The notes: generated from the letters alone by a model not told the origin. Positions 25,359-39,565 are shown, numbered from the stretch's first letter. The stretch is 64,000 bases of DNA from Neovahlkampfia damariscottae (GCA_016618085.1 JABLTG010000002.1:186001-250000), one strand, 5' to 3'. Translations and numbers: made by a program.

Positions 25359-26178
25359 TTATTCAAATTTTGTTTTATCAAAGACTTCATCAAATCTACC
25401 AATTAATGCATCACAAACTACTTTTGCTTGAGTTGTAAATTTCATAGCTGCTGAAGGGTCTGTTGGACTAGGCATTAAATTCATTCTAAAAAAAAAGAGA
25501 GTTACACAATATGATGATTAGTACTCACCTAAATGCTTGAGTTAAGTTTGCAAGATCCATTTCATTTTTATCTTTTGCTGACATTGCTAAAACGTGTAAT
25601 CTGATCATTTGATATAAGAAATATTCTTGTGTTTCGTTTAATTTTTCTGAAATAGCAGTTTTTAATTTAGGAACAAGTTCATCTTGATCTGTGATATCAC
25701 CTGATTAAAAATTAAAAAAAAAATGAAAGAAAATACCGAGGGATGCAAAAGGATCATAAGGTAACATACCACCTGGTAATTCTCTTGCATATTTTTTCAA
25801 TACAGATGCAAGTACATGAATATCAAAAGATTGAACATCTTCAAGAGTTTTGAATTCTCCATTATCAACTTTGTAAGTAACAATCTAAAAAACTGTTAAA
25901 AAATTTTTGGATGAAAAAACGTTTGTTTCAGTTTTTTGACCTTCTTGTTTTAAGATTTTTGGAGTTTCAAAATTCTTTTCAACAGCTTCAATTAACACTT
26001 GAATAGCAAGTGGAACAGCTTTAGTTTTATCGATATTTTCTCTTTTGAGTACTTCTGTTATGTCGACTCCAATAATTCTTTTTGAAGCATCAACTTTGGT
26101 AAAATCATAAGTTTCAGGTGTCATTTTGACTTCTTCTTTCTTTTCTGTTTTTGTTCCTTTTGATTTTGAATTACCCAT
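25359..26178 (-). CDS. Small RhoGAP-domain protein with predicted N-myristoylation; 3 introns
   Basis: MGNSKS start; IIGVDITEVLKRE; DIHVLASVLKKYARELP; KMKMDLANL. Confidence 0.8.
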
Positions 26179-26320
26179 GTGTGAGAAAGAAGACTTAACG
26201 GATTTTGATGATTGGATGAAAAATTAGTTCAATTTGGAAAAACTAACGATTTAATATTTTTCTTCTTTTCATCACATTTTATCTTCAGAATAATTAAACC
26301 AATCATCTCTCTGATTGGTG

Positions 26321-29300
26321 ATGGAAGAAAAAAAGACATTGTTGAAGTTTACTCTTTCTAATTATCCAAATTTCATAAATGAGGATGATATATCATTTGA
26401 TGAACTAAATGAAGAACAAATAAATTCTGTTGACATTCAAATTTTGACAGAGACAATGAAACAAAATCAAAAGATTTATTTTAATCTTCTTTTTAATTTT
26501 AAAAAGAAAAATAATGATTCAAATGAAAGTACTCCAAATTCTGCTACAAGTTTGTCTTGGCCAAGTCCTTCTTCAAATCCAATGACACCAAAAGTAAAAA
26601 AAGGTTTACCAATGATACCAAAGAAAGAATTGCCAAAAATACCAACAAAACCACTACCAACACCAACAATATCAAAAGATATTGAATTATCCAAACCTAT
26701 ACGTGCACCTCCAAAACCAAAAATGACAGATGTAGACATTTTATTTTTTTTATTTTTTCTTTGCAGGACGAAATGTATGCAAAAATTACAAGAGAAGAAG
26801 AATATAACAATGAAGATATATCATATGATCAAAGACCATTATATCTCATGAAATTTAAAAATATGACGACAGTGACATACGAACAATTTCAATTACTAGC
26901 TTATGAAAGTCTTTTATTGAGTACATCATTTTTAACGGAAATACCTTCAGATTATATTCAAGGTGTACTTTTTTTCATTAGAGATTATTTAAAAATTAAA
27001 TCAGAAACTCATGAATCAATCATGAAGAATTTATCAGTAAGAAAAAGATTGAATGACTCACGAAAAGGTTTTGGAGAATATAAAAATAAATATTTCTACG
27101 GACCCTGGAAAGCATAAAAGTAAATATAAAAATTATCCAATTGAAATAAATCATCGTTCTACTTTGAATTATAGAATGAGATTATTACAATATAACTCAA
27201 ATGAAGAAGTAATAAATTCAAATACTAATATCATTTTTGAAGGATTTTAGAAAAAGGAATTCTGTTCTTTGTTGTAATAGTTTAATAGGTTACATACGAT
27301 CAAAACCAAAATATTCATGGGATTATCATAATTCAACTGTAAAACATAAATTTAAATTTTACATTTGTTCAAATAGTATTTATTGGATGAATTTGAAGAT
27401 GTCATTTATTCAATTTTTAAGAAATTTTCCGAAACAGGTAATTATCAAGAAATAGAAGGATTATCATTATATATTTTTGAACAATTAAATTTACCTGAAG
27501 ATTCATCCATTTCATTTCCAATTAATATGTACCTTTATGAATTATTATGTGAACCAATTGTTAATTTTGGAATGAATACATATAGTGGATATAATGATAA
27601 TGAATCAACTTTAGTTTTTGATACTTTAAGTTGTTTAAGAAGAGATTGGAAAATTAATAATATTTTACATAATATTTCCTATTTGAGTGCATTATTTCAA
27701 TACACTTTTTTTTCAAATAATTTTGAAATTGAAGATAAATTATATAAGAATTTAATAACTAGAATCAAAGCATATAAAAACTCAAAATTAGATGAAGAAT
27801 CAAAAAAATATTTTCTTCGTGTTTTATCATCTATTCTCAAAGGTTATGGTGGAAATTTTATTGATATAATTGGATATTATCTTGGTGATTATAAAACATT
27901 AGAAGAACATCTTTCGTTATATCATCTAACATTATCTATTTGGTGTTCATTTAGAGAAAATGATACTGGTTTATATTCAGATGTAATTTTATCTGAATGT
28001 TTAAAAACTATTTTGAATCAAACTTTAGAAAAGATTTATTTTGGTTTGAAAATTATAAAAAAATCTGATAGTGAATTACATACTCTTATAAATATGATAA
28101 AAGATATTGAAAAAGAATTAAAAATTCAACAACAAGTAATTCATTGAATTTTAATTTTTTAACTGATATAGGATTTAGTTCCTGCATTTTCACCATTCTT
28201 TCCTCTTGCAAAAAAGAGATCTATTTATATTTTTTTAAGATTACTTTCTTTAGATGTTAAACAAATTTTAGTGAATGAAAAGAATTTATCAGAAGAGATT
28301 ATTGAATTATGTTCATTTTTAAGGGATGAATTAATAAAATATGATGCTGAAAAATCATTATGGAATATTATAAATTATGAAATTCTTCTTGAAGAAGTAC
28401 TTTCAAAATGGATTCAAAAAGTTCAAAAGAATTTCACTGAGTATTTAGATACTGCTTTAAAATTAGAAAAATGGGAACCAATTTCACAAAATGTACTTTG
28501 GTCAACATCTGCACAAGATTTATTCAATTTTATTGAATCTACTTTAGATTTGAAACATTTGATATTACCAGGTACATCATACTTTGTTAGAGGTTATGTT
28601 CAATGTTGTGCTGGTTTAGTTCAAAATTTTGTTTTTTTAATGACATCTGCATTTCCTGATCCTTCAGATTTGATTCCAATTTTAGATAAATTACCAGTTA
28701 TTCAAAAAGAAGAAAAGAAAAGTGGTTTAAATCTTAAAATTTTAAAAAAATCAAAAATAAACAATGTTCAAACATCAAATATTGAAAAAAAGAAAATATC
28801 AAAAGATCATAATAATTTGACATTTCAAACAGTAAGAAAATAGATTAAAAAGTAATTCAAATTTCAAAAAGGCACATTTACGTTTAAATAATATTATTTT
28901 TGTGAGAGATAAATTAACAAAATATATTGATGGAATATCAGATTCATATTTTGATTTTCAAGATTTAATACCTGATCTCCCTGATATGGATATTCATAAT
29001 TTATGGGTTGGAACAACAATGATGATTTCAGAATCTATTGAAAGAATATCCAATTATATTGGTACTATGAAAAATATTTAACTTTTTTTTTTAGCAATTA
29101 GAAATGTATATATTGAATTAAAACCAATATTAAATGATTTATATATTCCAAAACCATCAAATTATAATATTAGATCAATAATTGATGAACATATAAATTC
29201 ATTTATTCAAGCTACTCAATATTTAGTACCAGATGAAACTATTGCAAATTTTATCATTTTGAATACATTTAAACAAATTATTTTATATCTTTCAATTATC

Positions 29301-29684
29301 ATTTTGGATGGTAAAAAAGAAGTCATATTTTCTCCTTCAGATTTTATTGAAATTTTATACGATATTCAATCATTAGAAGATTTATTTTCAAAAAGTAATT
29401 CACATATATCTTCAAAGAGATTCATTTTGAAATGCACAAATAGATTAAAGAGTAAATTTAGAAATTATATTTATACTTTAGAAATTGCACAAGATGTTAT
29501 GTCAATTGAATCTAAAGATTTAATTGATGGAAATGAAGAATTAGGTATTATAGGATGGGAGAAATATCCATTGGTAGATTCCAATTCAGTTTGGAGTAAA
29601 CAAATCATCTATAAAGTATTAAAACATAGAGATGATTCAATTGCTCAAAAATTCATTGAAAAGACATCTTATACATTTGGTTGA
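26321..29684 (+). CDS. Munc13-homology (MHD1/PATROL1-like) helical protein; about 8 introns
   Basis: FPINMYLYELL, EKWEPISQ..WSTSAQDLF, LIPILDKLP, RLNNIIF, VLKHRDDSIAQKF. Confidence 0.65.
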
Positions 29685-29696
29685 AATAATAAATAT

Positions 29697-30639
29697 TTAT
29701 ACTGGATTAATGATTTTTTTGATTCTATTATAAGCAATTAAACCAATTAATGCAACAATTGCAATTAAAATACCAACAATAAGAGCAATAGCTCCTAGAA
29801 GTAGAAATTTATCTGCAGCTAATCTTCTTAAAATTGAACCAATTTCTCTTGCTCCTCTTTTAATTTCACCACCTAATTGGTCAACTTCTTGTTCAATTTC
29901 CATTAATTCTTCTCTTTGTTCTCTTAATAATTGAGCTGAATCAATAGCAATATCAGTAGTTTCCATAATTTTAATATTTAATCTTTCAATAATATCTAAA
30001 CTATCTTGATGAGCTTGAAATACATCTTTGAACAATTCTTTTTCAATTTGAATTTGTTGTTCAGGTGATAATTGTTGTTTTTCAATAAAATTATCATTTT
30101 CCATTCTAATTGGTTCAGATTTTCTTGGACCCTGTTGTTGATTTGAATCCATTGTTTGTTCATTGGTTCCAGGTTCTAATCTTTTCTTTTTTTCTTCTTC
30201 ATCTTTTAAATCTGTAACTGCTTGTGATAAATAAGTTTTACATCTATTTAATTCATTTTTATGTTCATCTTTGCTCTTTAAATTATTTTAAATTTCTTTT
30301 TTTTTTTTTACTTTTGCCATCATTTCTTTTGAATGTTCTCTTGTTTCTTTTTTAACAACATTTGAAAGATTTTGATAAGTTTTTTTGCTTTGTTCTAATA
30401 ATTTTTTTGCTTTTTTTATTTTCTTTTTTTTTTTTAATTTTTTGTTTTATTTCTTACATCAACTCTGTCTTCTTCATCATCTGTTTGTTTAATTTCAACA
30501 ATGAGTTTTTGAATGTCTTGTTCAATTTGAGTGAGTTCATCATCATATAGAGAAAATTTTTCGTTTTGTTCTACAGCTGGATCTGAATAATTCAGTTAAT
30601 ATTTTTTGTTCTTTTTTTTCACTAACCTCTAAAAGACAT
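29697..30639 (-). CDS. Q-SNARE, NPSN-like; 3 introns
   Basis: SNARE heptads (LREQREELMEIEQEVDQLGGEIKRG..RRLAADK) followed by a C-terminal TM. Confidence 0.75.
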
Positions 30640-30673
30640 TGAAAAACTTCTGATTGGTTAAAAATTGAACTGA

Positions 30674-31867
30674 ATGTTGCCTAAAGAAATTTGGAACCAA
30701 ATAGTTTTTTATTTGCCTTTAAAAGAAAGGTGTAAAACAATCAGAGTATCAAAAACCTTAAAGAAAATAGTTCAACCTTATACTATAAAACAAGTAGGTC
30801 ATTTCGAAATACCTGAAAATGCTACACTTGGAAATGTCGTTTATTTTAAAGAAAGAAAAGCATTTTATATATCATTTGGAGCTGATATAAAATCAAAAAA
30901 TGGCGTTCAAATTCATGAATCGATTTGGAATGACGAAGGGAAAAAATATGAAACAACTTTCTTACAGGAACTTCCATCAACATTTACATATAAACTTTAT
31001 ATTAAAAATAATAATTTAATAGTAGAGGTCTACGAAGAAGCAGGTTCAAATTCATTCAATGAAAGATTAGAAAAATTTGGTACAAACCAATTTTCAAAAC
31101 CAAAAATTGGAAGATTGAATCAAATTGATTCAAAACATCAAAAACCAAAATTAAATGGTGGATTTAGAAAAATCTATGAAATAGATATAGATAAAAAATC
31201 ATTTAAGGAAATAAAATCAAAGATATATTATTCAAGTAGAACTGATCGTTCTCTAGTAGAAGATTTTGAAAAATTTGATGATCAAAATGAATTTGATTAT
31301 GACAGAAATGAATTTGAAATATTTGATAATTTCAAACTTTCAATGAACAATCAAAAAAAAACAAAACTAAATAAAATAAAGAATCCAGGTACAAAAATAA
31401 ATGAACCACGTGTTAAAATTCATCAATTCAATGAAAATGGAATAGAACAAGAAATTAAAACTGTTGGTGAATCACCTATTAAATTAATGATTTCAAATTT
31501 TCCAATTTACAAAAAAAAAACTTCAATATTCACATTAGGATTTTCAGATGAATATTTTGATGAAACAGAGGGATTAAACCAACAAAATCCAAAACAAACA
31601 CCTCCTAATACTTTTGTGAAATTTAAATCACATTTGAACATGAAACTTATGGATTATCGTTTTTATCCTGAGAATTTAACTTGTTTATATGAATATGATT
31701 TTAAGGAGAATATTTGGAGTTGTTATTTTCTCAATGGATTACATTCTTTGTTTGAAACTCAAAAATGTTTTAGAGGGAAATACTCCCACAATATTGATGG
31801 TGCAATGATTATTTTTTCAAGTGAAAATGAGAAAAATAATATTAAAATCTACCAAATTAAATTATGA
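30674..31867 (+). CDS. F-box protein (intronless)
   Basis: N-terminal LPKEIWNQIVFYLPLKERCKTIRVSK F-box pattern. Confidence 0.7.
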   Translation: MLPKEIWNQIVFYLPLKERCKTIRVSKTLKKIVQPYTIKQVGHFEIPENATLGNVVYFKERKAFYISFGADIKSKNGVQIHESIWNDEGKKYETTFLQELPSTFTYKLYIKNNNLIVEVYEEAGSNSFNERLEKFGTNQFSKPKIGRLNQIDSKHQKPKLNGGFRKIYEIDIDKKSFKEIKSKIYYSSRTDRSLVEDFEKFDDQNEFDYDRNEFEIFDNFKLSMNNQKKTKLNKIKNPGTKINEPRVKIHQFNENGIEQEIKTVGESPIKLMISNFPIYKKKTSIFTLGFSDEYFDETEGLNQQNPKQTPPNTFVKFKSHLNMKLMDYRFYPENLTCLYEYDFKENIWSCYFLNGLHSLFETQKCFRGKYSHNIDGAMIIFSSENEKNNIKIYQIKL

Positions 31868-31934
31868 ATTATTTTTCCTTCTTTTTCATTGGTCAACCGA
31901 AATAACCAAACTACTTGTTTGAAATATTAACACC

Positions 31935-33719
31935 ATGGAAGAAGATGAAGACTTTAAGGATACAATGTAATTACTTGTATTGATAATTAATTTATTCTCA
32001 GAGATAGAAATCCAATCGAAAAATATCCGTAAGAAAATTAAATGTTAAAACAAAAATTCATAGATCCACAAAAAGAACTTATTTTGAATTTAGTGAATTG
32101 GAAAATAAACCTTCAAAAGGAAATTTAGAAAAGAAACAAAAATTCTCAACAGAGGAAGATGATGATTCTTCACCTAATATTTCACCACAACATTTTGAAG
32201 AACCAATTGAACCTTTACAACGAGATGAGTCAGATTCTGTTAGATCATCAGTTGATTCAAATAAATCATCAAATCAATCACAAAAATTATTTTCACCAAA
32301 AATATTGAAAATGTCACAAAACGTCACCACAACTAAACATGATAAAATGCCATTACCTTCAATGAGGAATGAATCAAATGAAGAAAATATGACAAACAAA
32401 GTAACAAAAAATAGAGATACAGATTCACAGGAAATGGAAATACTTCCAAGAAAAAGTATTGTTACAAAAACATCAACTACATTGGGAGACTTGATGTCAA
32501 AAAATATTGATAAAAAATCGAAAGAAGTACAAAGATCAATTGAAATAAGACAAGATGTTCGACCTCAACAGCCTGTGAATTACTTTTTGATATTCGGAAT
32601 GTTCATGATTTCAATGTTGATTTATTCAATCATTTATAGTCAAATAATGAAATCCAATGAGTATACTGTTCATTATAGAAATGAGAATGTTATAAGGAAT
32701 AAAGATCCCACAAATGATGCAAATAAGAAAGATATAATGGTAAAATATTTTTAAAGGATTAACTCTTTCAGAAATTGAATGAAACTATAATTGGTTTATT
32801 AAAGGATAGGAATGATTTGAATCAACAATATATTGAACAAAAGGTTAGTCATTTCATAAAATGTTAATTCAAAATTAAGAAATCAATTGAATCAAATCTA
32901 GCATTATACAAATTTTCTTTGTACAATAGATTTGATGATTTAAACAAATATTTTGATGATTTGAATTCAAAAATTAAAAAAATCAATCAAAAAAATTCAG
33001 AATCAAAACATGAAGAAAATGCAAAATTAGTAGAAAGGTTTAATGAATTAAAAAATGAAATGAGAAAAATAAAAGAAGAACAAAATAAGTTATCCAACCA
33101 AGAATATAAAGTTAAAGTTGAAAAAAAAGAAATTCCATTTGGAGATTTTGATTTTAAAAAAGATTTGAGAAATGAGTTATTGGAGATGATCAATCAAAAA
33201 TTAAATCAATTTTCAAATGATGGAGGTATAGGTCATGATGATTTTGCTATTAATGGTGGTAAAATATTAGAATCATCTGAAACATACAAACCTGAATCAG
33301 GTTTTCTTTCAATTTTATCTGTCAAACCAAATCCACCAAAAACAATATTGAATTCTAATATAATACCTGGTAATTGTTGGTGTTTAAAAGGAAATCAAGG
33401 ATTTGTATCAGTTGAAATTCTCTATGATATTATTCCTAAAGCATTTACTATTGATGTTCCACCAATTCAAATCTCTAAATTTAACTCAGCTCCAAAAGAA
33501 TTTGAAGTATATGGAGCATCTAAACAAGAAAAAAAGAAAGAAATATTACTTGGGAAATGGGAAATTAAATATGGACAACAAATTTTTCAAACATTCAATA
33601 TTGAAAAACCCATCAAACAAAAAATGAACATTTTTCGATTAAAAATCAAATCTAATCATGGAAGCCCAATTGCAACATGTATTTATCGTTTTAGAATACA
33701 TGGTAAAGCAATTTTTTAA
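31935..33719 (+). CDS. SUN-domain nuclear envelope protein; 4 introns
   Basis: Disordered N-terminus, TM, coiled coil, then PGNCWCL, SAPKEFEVYG, SNHGSPIATCIYRFRIHG. Confidence 0.9.
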
Positions 33720-33835
33720 ATAAAAAAAAAATTCATTTGAATCTTTCTTCTAAAATCTCATTCCAAAGTTTTTCATTTTTCAATATTGAAATATTTTCAT
33801 TCATAATATGTCCTTTTGAACATTAATTATAATTT

Positions 33836-34330
33836 TTAATACTTACTTCTTTGTAACATTACATCCTGTGAAGTTTTATATTTATAAATCAACACAGCAA
33901 TCACATAACCCATAAACAGTGAAAATGTCCAAAAAAAAATTTTTTCTGAAAAAGAAAGTTTTTCATCTTCTTTTAAAATGTCCTCAGGTACATAATAAAA
34001 CTTTTCAATTGCTTTTTTTTTCTCTAAAAAGAATTCAAAATCGAAATTTTTGTCTTCTTTTAATTTTTTTAAATCAAGTTCAACTGGATCAACTAATGTT
34101 CCAATATAGGTCATTGGTACCATATCTTCACCACCTATACCATCTTTTCCACCAATTTTTACAAGTGTATCTCCTTCATGAGTTTGCATTAATTTCTTTT
34201 CAAATTCTTTTTGTTTTTCAATTTCTAAGATATTTTTTTCTGATATTTTTTTGTATAATTTATCAAGTAAATCATTTTTTGAATACTTTCGAACAAAATT
34301 TTGAAGAATGTTTTTTTGTTTTTTCAACAT
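33836..34330 (-). CDS. Hypothetical protein with C-terminal TM, possibly mitochondrial
   Basis: Uninterrupted ORF; basic N-terminus; IFFWTFSLFMGYVIAVLIY; CCAAT at 34355. Confidence 0.55.
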   Translation of the reverse strand: MLKKQKNILQNFVRKYSKNDLLDKLYKKISEKNILEIEKQKEFEKKLMQTHEGDTLVKIGGKDGIGGEDMVPMTYIGTLVDPVELDLKKLKEDKNFDFEFFLEKKKAIEKFYYVPEDILKEDEKLSFSEKIFFWTFSLFMGYVIAVLIYKYKTSQDVMLQRSKY

Positions 34331-34419
34331 TTCCAAGTTGAGAATATCAAACTTCCAATGAAATGTTTGGAAAAGAAAAAAAAAATAAAAGTGAATTATA
34401 ATTGACTTATTTTAATAAA

Positions 34420-34974
34420 TTAAACAAATTTCATGAATCTTTTAAAATCTTCGAAATGAATTTTTCCATCTGAATTAGAGTCTGCAATTTTCATCATATT
34501 TTTAAGCTTTTAAAAATATTTAATCTTTCACATATCAAATCTTACTTGAGTTTCAGTCAATTCTTCACCAATTGCAGCCATAACCTCTTTTAAATTTTTT
34601 TCAGTAATGTAACCATTTTTTTCTTGATCAAATAAATCAAAACAAGCTTTTAAATCTAATTCTTCATCACCATATTTTTCTAATCTTCTAGCTAGAGCAC
34701 AATATGCATCAAATGTAATAACTCCATTCTTGTCAATATCAATTTCTGTTAAAAGATCTTTCATTTCATCATCTGTTGGTGAATATCCTAACCTTTCATA
34801 AACTTTTTTTAATTCATCAGTTGTAATTGTTTCTCCAGAAGTAAATAAAGAAAAACTATATTTGTATTCTTTTTTTTTTATTTCATTCATTCTTGGTGAT
34901 AAAGGATTTAAAGGTGTCAATGGTGTAAGTACAGGTTGAGTTAAATTGCTGAAATTAAACTTTTTTTTTTTCAT
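34420..34974 (-). CDS. Calmodulin/centrin-like EF-hand protein; 1 intron (start uncertain)
   Basis: DIDKNGVITFD, FDQEKNGYITE and ADSNSDGKIHFED loops; first EF-hand degenerate. Confidence 0.8.
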
Positions 34975-35148
34975 TTTTTCAAATGGATTCAATGATTGGT
35001 TGATTATGACAAATCCGTCTGATTGGTTCGATTATATTGTCTGAAAATGAATTTTGGTTTTATTTTTTTTTTAGAGTTTTAAAAAATATTAAGATTTAAC
35101 CCATAAAAATTCTCCGAACCAATGAAGTTGAAACTTTTACTTTGTTTG

Positions 35149-35382
35149 ATGGGCAACTGTTGTAACAAATTACCAAAAGAAAAAGATGAAAATGTTGGTT
35201 TACTTGCAGTGAAAAGGAAGAGCTCAGGTGAACAATTTACAAAATCAAAACAAGTTTCTGTTCCAACACGAGTGTTGTCAACTGATGAATTTTCTCAACC
35301 ACGTTCTTTCAAAAGAAAAGAAAGAGAAGAAGCAAGGAAGGAGATGTTTGATAAAATTCATCAAGACCGTTCAATAATGTAA
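35149..35382 (+). CDS. Small protein with predicted dual N-acylation (MGNCC)
   Basis: MGNCCNK start; CCAAT 30 nt upstream; 77 codons. Confidence 0.55.
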   Translation: MGNCCNKLPKEKDENVGLLAVKRKSSGEQFTKSKQVSVPTRVLSTDEFSQPRSFKRKEREEARKEMFDKIHQDRSIM

Positions 35383-35425
35383 ATTTAAAAAACCGAAAAT
35401 TTTTGCGCAAAAATAAAATTGAATT

Positions 35426-38400
35426 TTATTTAAAATCTAAATAACATGCACCTAAACTTGTTTCATTTTCTGGTATTACCAAAATTCTATTATTTTCAAA
35501 TATAAAATCAATTTCATCATTTGAAACTCCATTCAAATTTATTTTTGGAATTGCAATAAAACCAGCAACAATTGGAGCAATTAATACTTTCAATTCAATC
35601 TTCTTTTCATTGTTTTTAAAATTAAGTTTTTTCTTTTTTGTTCCATTAATCATCCAATTTTCATTTGAATCAATTTCGCAAATTACATAATTATCCTTTT
35701 CATTCATTGATTGAAATGAAATATCCATCATTTGAAATTTTCCAACTTGAAATTCATTTGATAGTTTAATATCAATTTGATATTTAATATTTCTATTCTT
35801 TAGTTCAGTGTCAATTTTATAAAATAATTTTTGAGTTTCTACTGAAAGTTTTAAAAGTAAATCACATTGATTCGAGTATTCTGAGACTTTGAAATTCAAA
35901 TAAACAATTTCATCAGGTAATAGATTCTTATTTTTAAATTTAATTGATTTTGATGCACTTACAAATATTTGATTTTTTTTTTCAATTTCTTTTTGATTTT
36001 GATGTAATTTAGCATTTTGAATCTTTAATGGGACATTTAAATTACTTTTTAATTTGTATTGAATAAAATTTGAATTCTTAAAATTTTTTGTGAATGTTGT
36101 AAAAGTCAATGGAATATAAAAATTAAATTCAAATGTTTGCTCAATTTGAGGTTTATTTTTTCCATAAGAAATTAATGTAAAATCAATATTGTGTTTACAA
36201 TTAATCATTGAATTCGCTCTAACTTTGATATTCAATTTAAAGGATGTGTTTTCAATTTCATTTTGAATTTCAGGTTCTTTTTCATAAATTATTAAACCAG
36301 TTTTTGATTTTAACATTAATTTTGGATGAAAAAGGATTCCTTTTATTGTAAATTCAACTGGAATTATTTGATCTTTTGATACTATCAAACAATATGGTGA
36401 AGGATTGATTTTGATAATTGGAAAAGCAGGAAAAATTTTGATTTCACATTTCTTCTTTAAAATAAAATGAATTTTTCCAATTTTAAATTCAATATGTTTT
36501 AATTGAAATAAACCTATTCTATCTAATTTCTTTTGAAAAATTTCTTTTTTAAAAGGTTCTATTTTTAGTTTTTCTTTTTTAAGAATAATTTCGTTTTTTT
36601 CATTGGCAAAATAAAGAGTAACTTCATCAAATTCAATTTCATAATTTGTAATAATATCAACATTTAAATGAAATAAATCACCTAATTTCTTTTCAAATGA
36701 ATTTTCTTTCATTTTGAGATCAATTAACTTCTCAGAAATTTCAATTGAAACATTATCAATTTCATCATTTTCATTGATCAGTTTGACTGAATCAAAGAAA
36801 TTTTTGAGATCAATAGTTGTAGATTTTGAGTATGTCATTAATTGAATATAAGATTTTAAATAATCTTTTGTTAAACCTAATTTCCATTGTGAAAAAGATA
36901 ATTTCAATAAAATATCACAAGCCAATTCATACCATTCATTTTCAATATATTTTTCAACACTTTGATTTAATGTCATTATTACTTCTTCATATTTTTCTTC
37001 TTTTCTTTTCAAATTTTTAAAAAACGAATAAACTTACAATCTAATGGTTGATATTTCTGAATTCATTCTTGAAAGAAATCTTGGTCTTTTTCCAGATGAA
37101 TAACAAGCAGATGCTTGATTTGATATTTCAAGTATAAAATTTTCAAATTCTTTTTCAGATTGAATGACTTCAAGTACAATTTTTGTTTGTTTTGTTTCAT
37201 TTTTCATTTCAATATCTTTGGTGAAATATTTTTTACTTTGTGATAATGAATAACGTTGTATTACATATAAATCACCTAATATTCTGAATAACCTATCCAC
37301 TGCTAAAACTTCCATTGCTAATTTTCCACATTCATTTACGATTACTGTAGCTGTACAATATTGCCAACAATGAATGAAAAATTTATCATCAACATTTTGA
37401 TGTAATTTAGAAAGCATATGAGAAATGAATTCAATTGCTAATTCAGCTGCTTCTTCTGGAATTTTTTGTTTTAACATTAACTTTTTTGTAAAAATATAAT
37501 AATAAAATGATTACTGTTGCTTGTCTGGCAAAGAAATAACATTCAAAATCAAATTCTGTTATTGTCAAATCAAATTGTGCTTGTCTATAATTCTTAAATT
37601 CAGTATCTAGTGCATTTGAAATTTGTAAATCATTTAAATTGATATATTTTGGTATATTCACTAAAATATTGGTAAGTATAGAGTCAGAGATATTTTACTT
37701 GAATTATTTGTTTTGTATAACTTCAATTCATTATAAATATTTAAAGCAGCTCTAGTTAATCCAAATTGATCATAAGTTACGCTCAAACCTTCTTTAAGCA
37801 TATAATAATGTAAGAATTGCCACCCTGGAAGATGTTTCATTTCTTCAAATTTTTGTATTTCTTCTTCATGTCTTTTTCTTCTTTTAATAAATTCAACCAT
37901 AATCTCTTCTGTAATAACTCCGATAATTTCCGAAAAATCTTCAATTTTTGGTTCATCAGGAACACGAAAAAAACTAGAAAAATGATGATTTAAAAAATTG
38001 TTAAATTATCAAACTTTTCGTCTTTTGGAAAATCATTTCTTATACTGTCATATACTTTATCTTTGGTTATATATCCATTTAAAGTCCATTTTCTGATACC
38101 TGGTGTTGAAGGAACAAAAATTATACAATACTGATATTTCTTTTCTTTCATATCTTCAATCCAACTCTCTTTTTGAATATTAATTTAAAAATAAAAAATA
38201 GAACCAATTTTTTGTTTTAATTTTTCATCATAATTTTTTGTATGTATAAAAAATAAGTGATAATAAGGATTTTGACACCAAACCGACCTATTTTCAAATT
38301 TAATTTTTTTTTGAAATAAAAAAACCAGTGTCTTGAAAGAGTAACATCTTTTGAATCGTTTTCAATAAAACAAACTTGAACTTTTGGAATTAAAAAAAAA

Positions 38401-38627
38401 TAAATGTCATTTGTAATCTTTGAATCTTTAAATTTAAAGTTCTTTAAGTCAATTGGAAAATATTGTTGGAAGTATTCTTTCAGTTTGTTCCACTGAGGAT
38501 AATTTTCTACTGTTGTTGAATTATTTTCATCTTCACTTGTATGTTCCCATACTATTCATGTTTAAAATAGAAATTTAAAATTACCCACCACTTGAGGTGC
38601 AGAAGGAAAACGTGTGTGAATATTCAT
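35426..38627 (-). CDS. TRAPPC10: TRAPPII subunit Trs130/TRAPPC10-like; about 7 introns
   Basis: PYYHLF, PGWQFLHYYMLKEGL..ALNIYNEL, FDFECYFFARQ, NWMING, LIAPIVAGFIAIPKI. Confidence 0.8.
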
Positions 38628-38710
38628 CAAGATTGTGATTGGTGGAAAATCCGAGAAAATTCCAAGTAAATTTTGCATCGAGAGAAAAAATTTTTATTCC
38701 CAAGATAAAC

Positions 38711-39527
38711 TTATTTTCCAATTGCTTTTCCAGCTAAAACTTCTTCATTTTCTTTGATGACATCTTCAAATTTCAATGATTTATTCATTGTTGATTTCAA
38801 AACACCAGAATCTGCCAAATCAGCAAGTTTATCTAAAATTTCTTTTTGAGATTCCAATTCATAACCAAATATTGATTTTGAAAACATCAGTTCCATTGAA
38901 ACTGTGAGTCTCTTGACAAAATAATCACCTTCTAATTTGATATCCCCATCTTTAGAAGGAACAATTGAAACAAATGATCCTCTTGGTTTCAAAAGTTTTC
39001 CAACAACATCAATCCAACTGATTTTTCAAGTTGAATCACCAATGAACCTACACCACCAGCACCATTGATGACTAGAATAGATTTAAGTTTGTTTTCTTTT
39101 TCTTTTTGTGAGATTCTAAATTTTCAAACATTCTTTCATAAGCTGTCAAACCAACAAGAGGAAGTGTTGCAATTTCAGCATCATTCCAAGTTTCAGGGAC
39201 TTTTCCAACAATTCTTTCATCAACTGCTGAATATTTTGCATAAGTTCCTTGTCTACTTATTGAGTCGGCATACTTAACCTTATCTCCAACTTTGTAGATG
39301 GATGTTTCTTTTCCAACTGCAGCAACTTTTCCAACACCATCAAAACCAACAATTAAAGGGTTTTTGAAGTCTTCATGACTGGTTAATTGTTTAGAGTCAA
39401 CTGAATTAACACTGGCAGCAATATTCTTGACTAGAATGTCTTTTGGTTGAAGTGATGGCAATGGGACTGAAATCTTTTCAAGTACCTGAGCAGGATTTCC
39501 TTTACTTCTTTCTTTTTCGGAGTTCAA
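38711..39527 (-). pseudogene. Zinc-type alcohol dehydrogenase-like / quinone oxidoreductase (MDR) pseudogene
   Basis: SVNSVDSK, GFDGVG, AVDERIVG, LPLVGLTAY; 1-nt frameshift near 39114 before INGAGGVGS; apparent deletion near 39010; no ATG. Confidence 0.75.
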
Positions 39528-39565
39528 GTTGTTTTATTGGGATCTTAATCAAATAAAAAAACAGT

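Noticed and set aside
27068..27101. Apparent non-canonical GT...GG intron in the Munc13-like gene
   Set aside because: A canonical 31-nt GTAAGA...AAAG intron just upstream (~27037-27067) restores the frame
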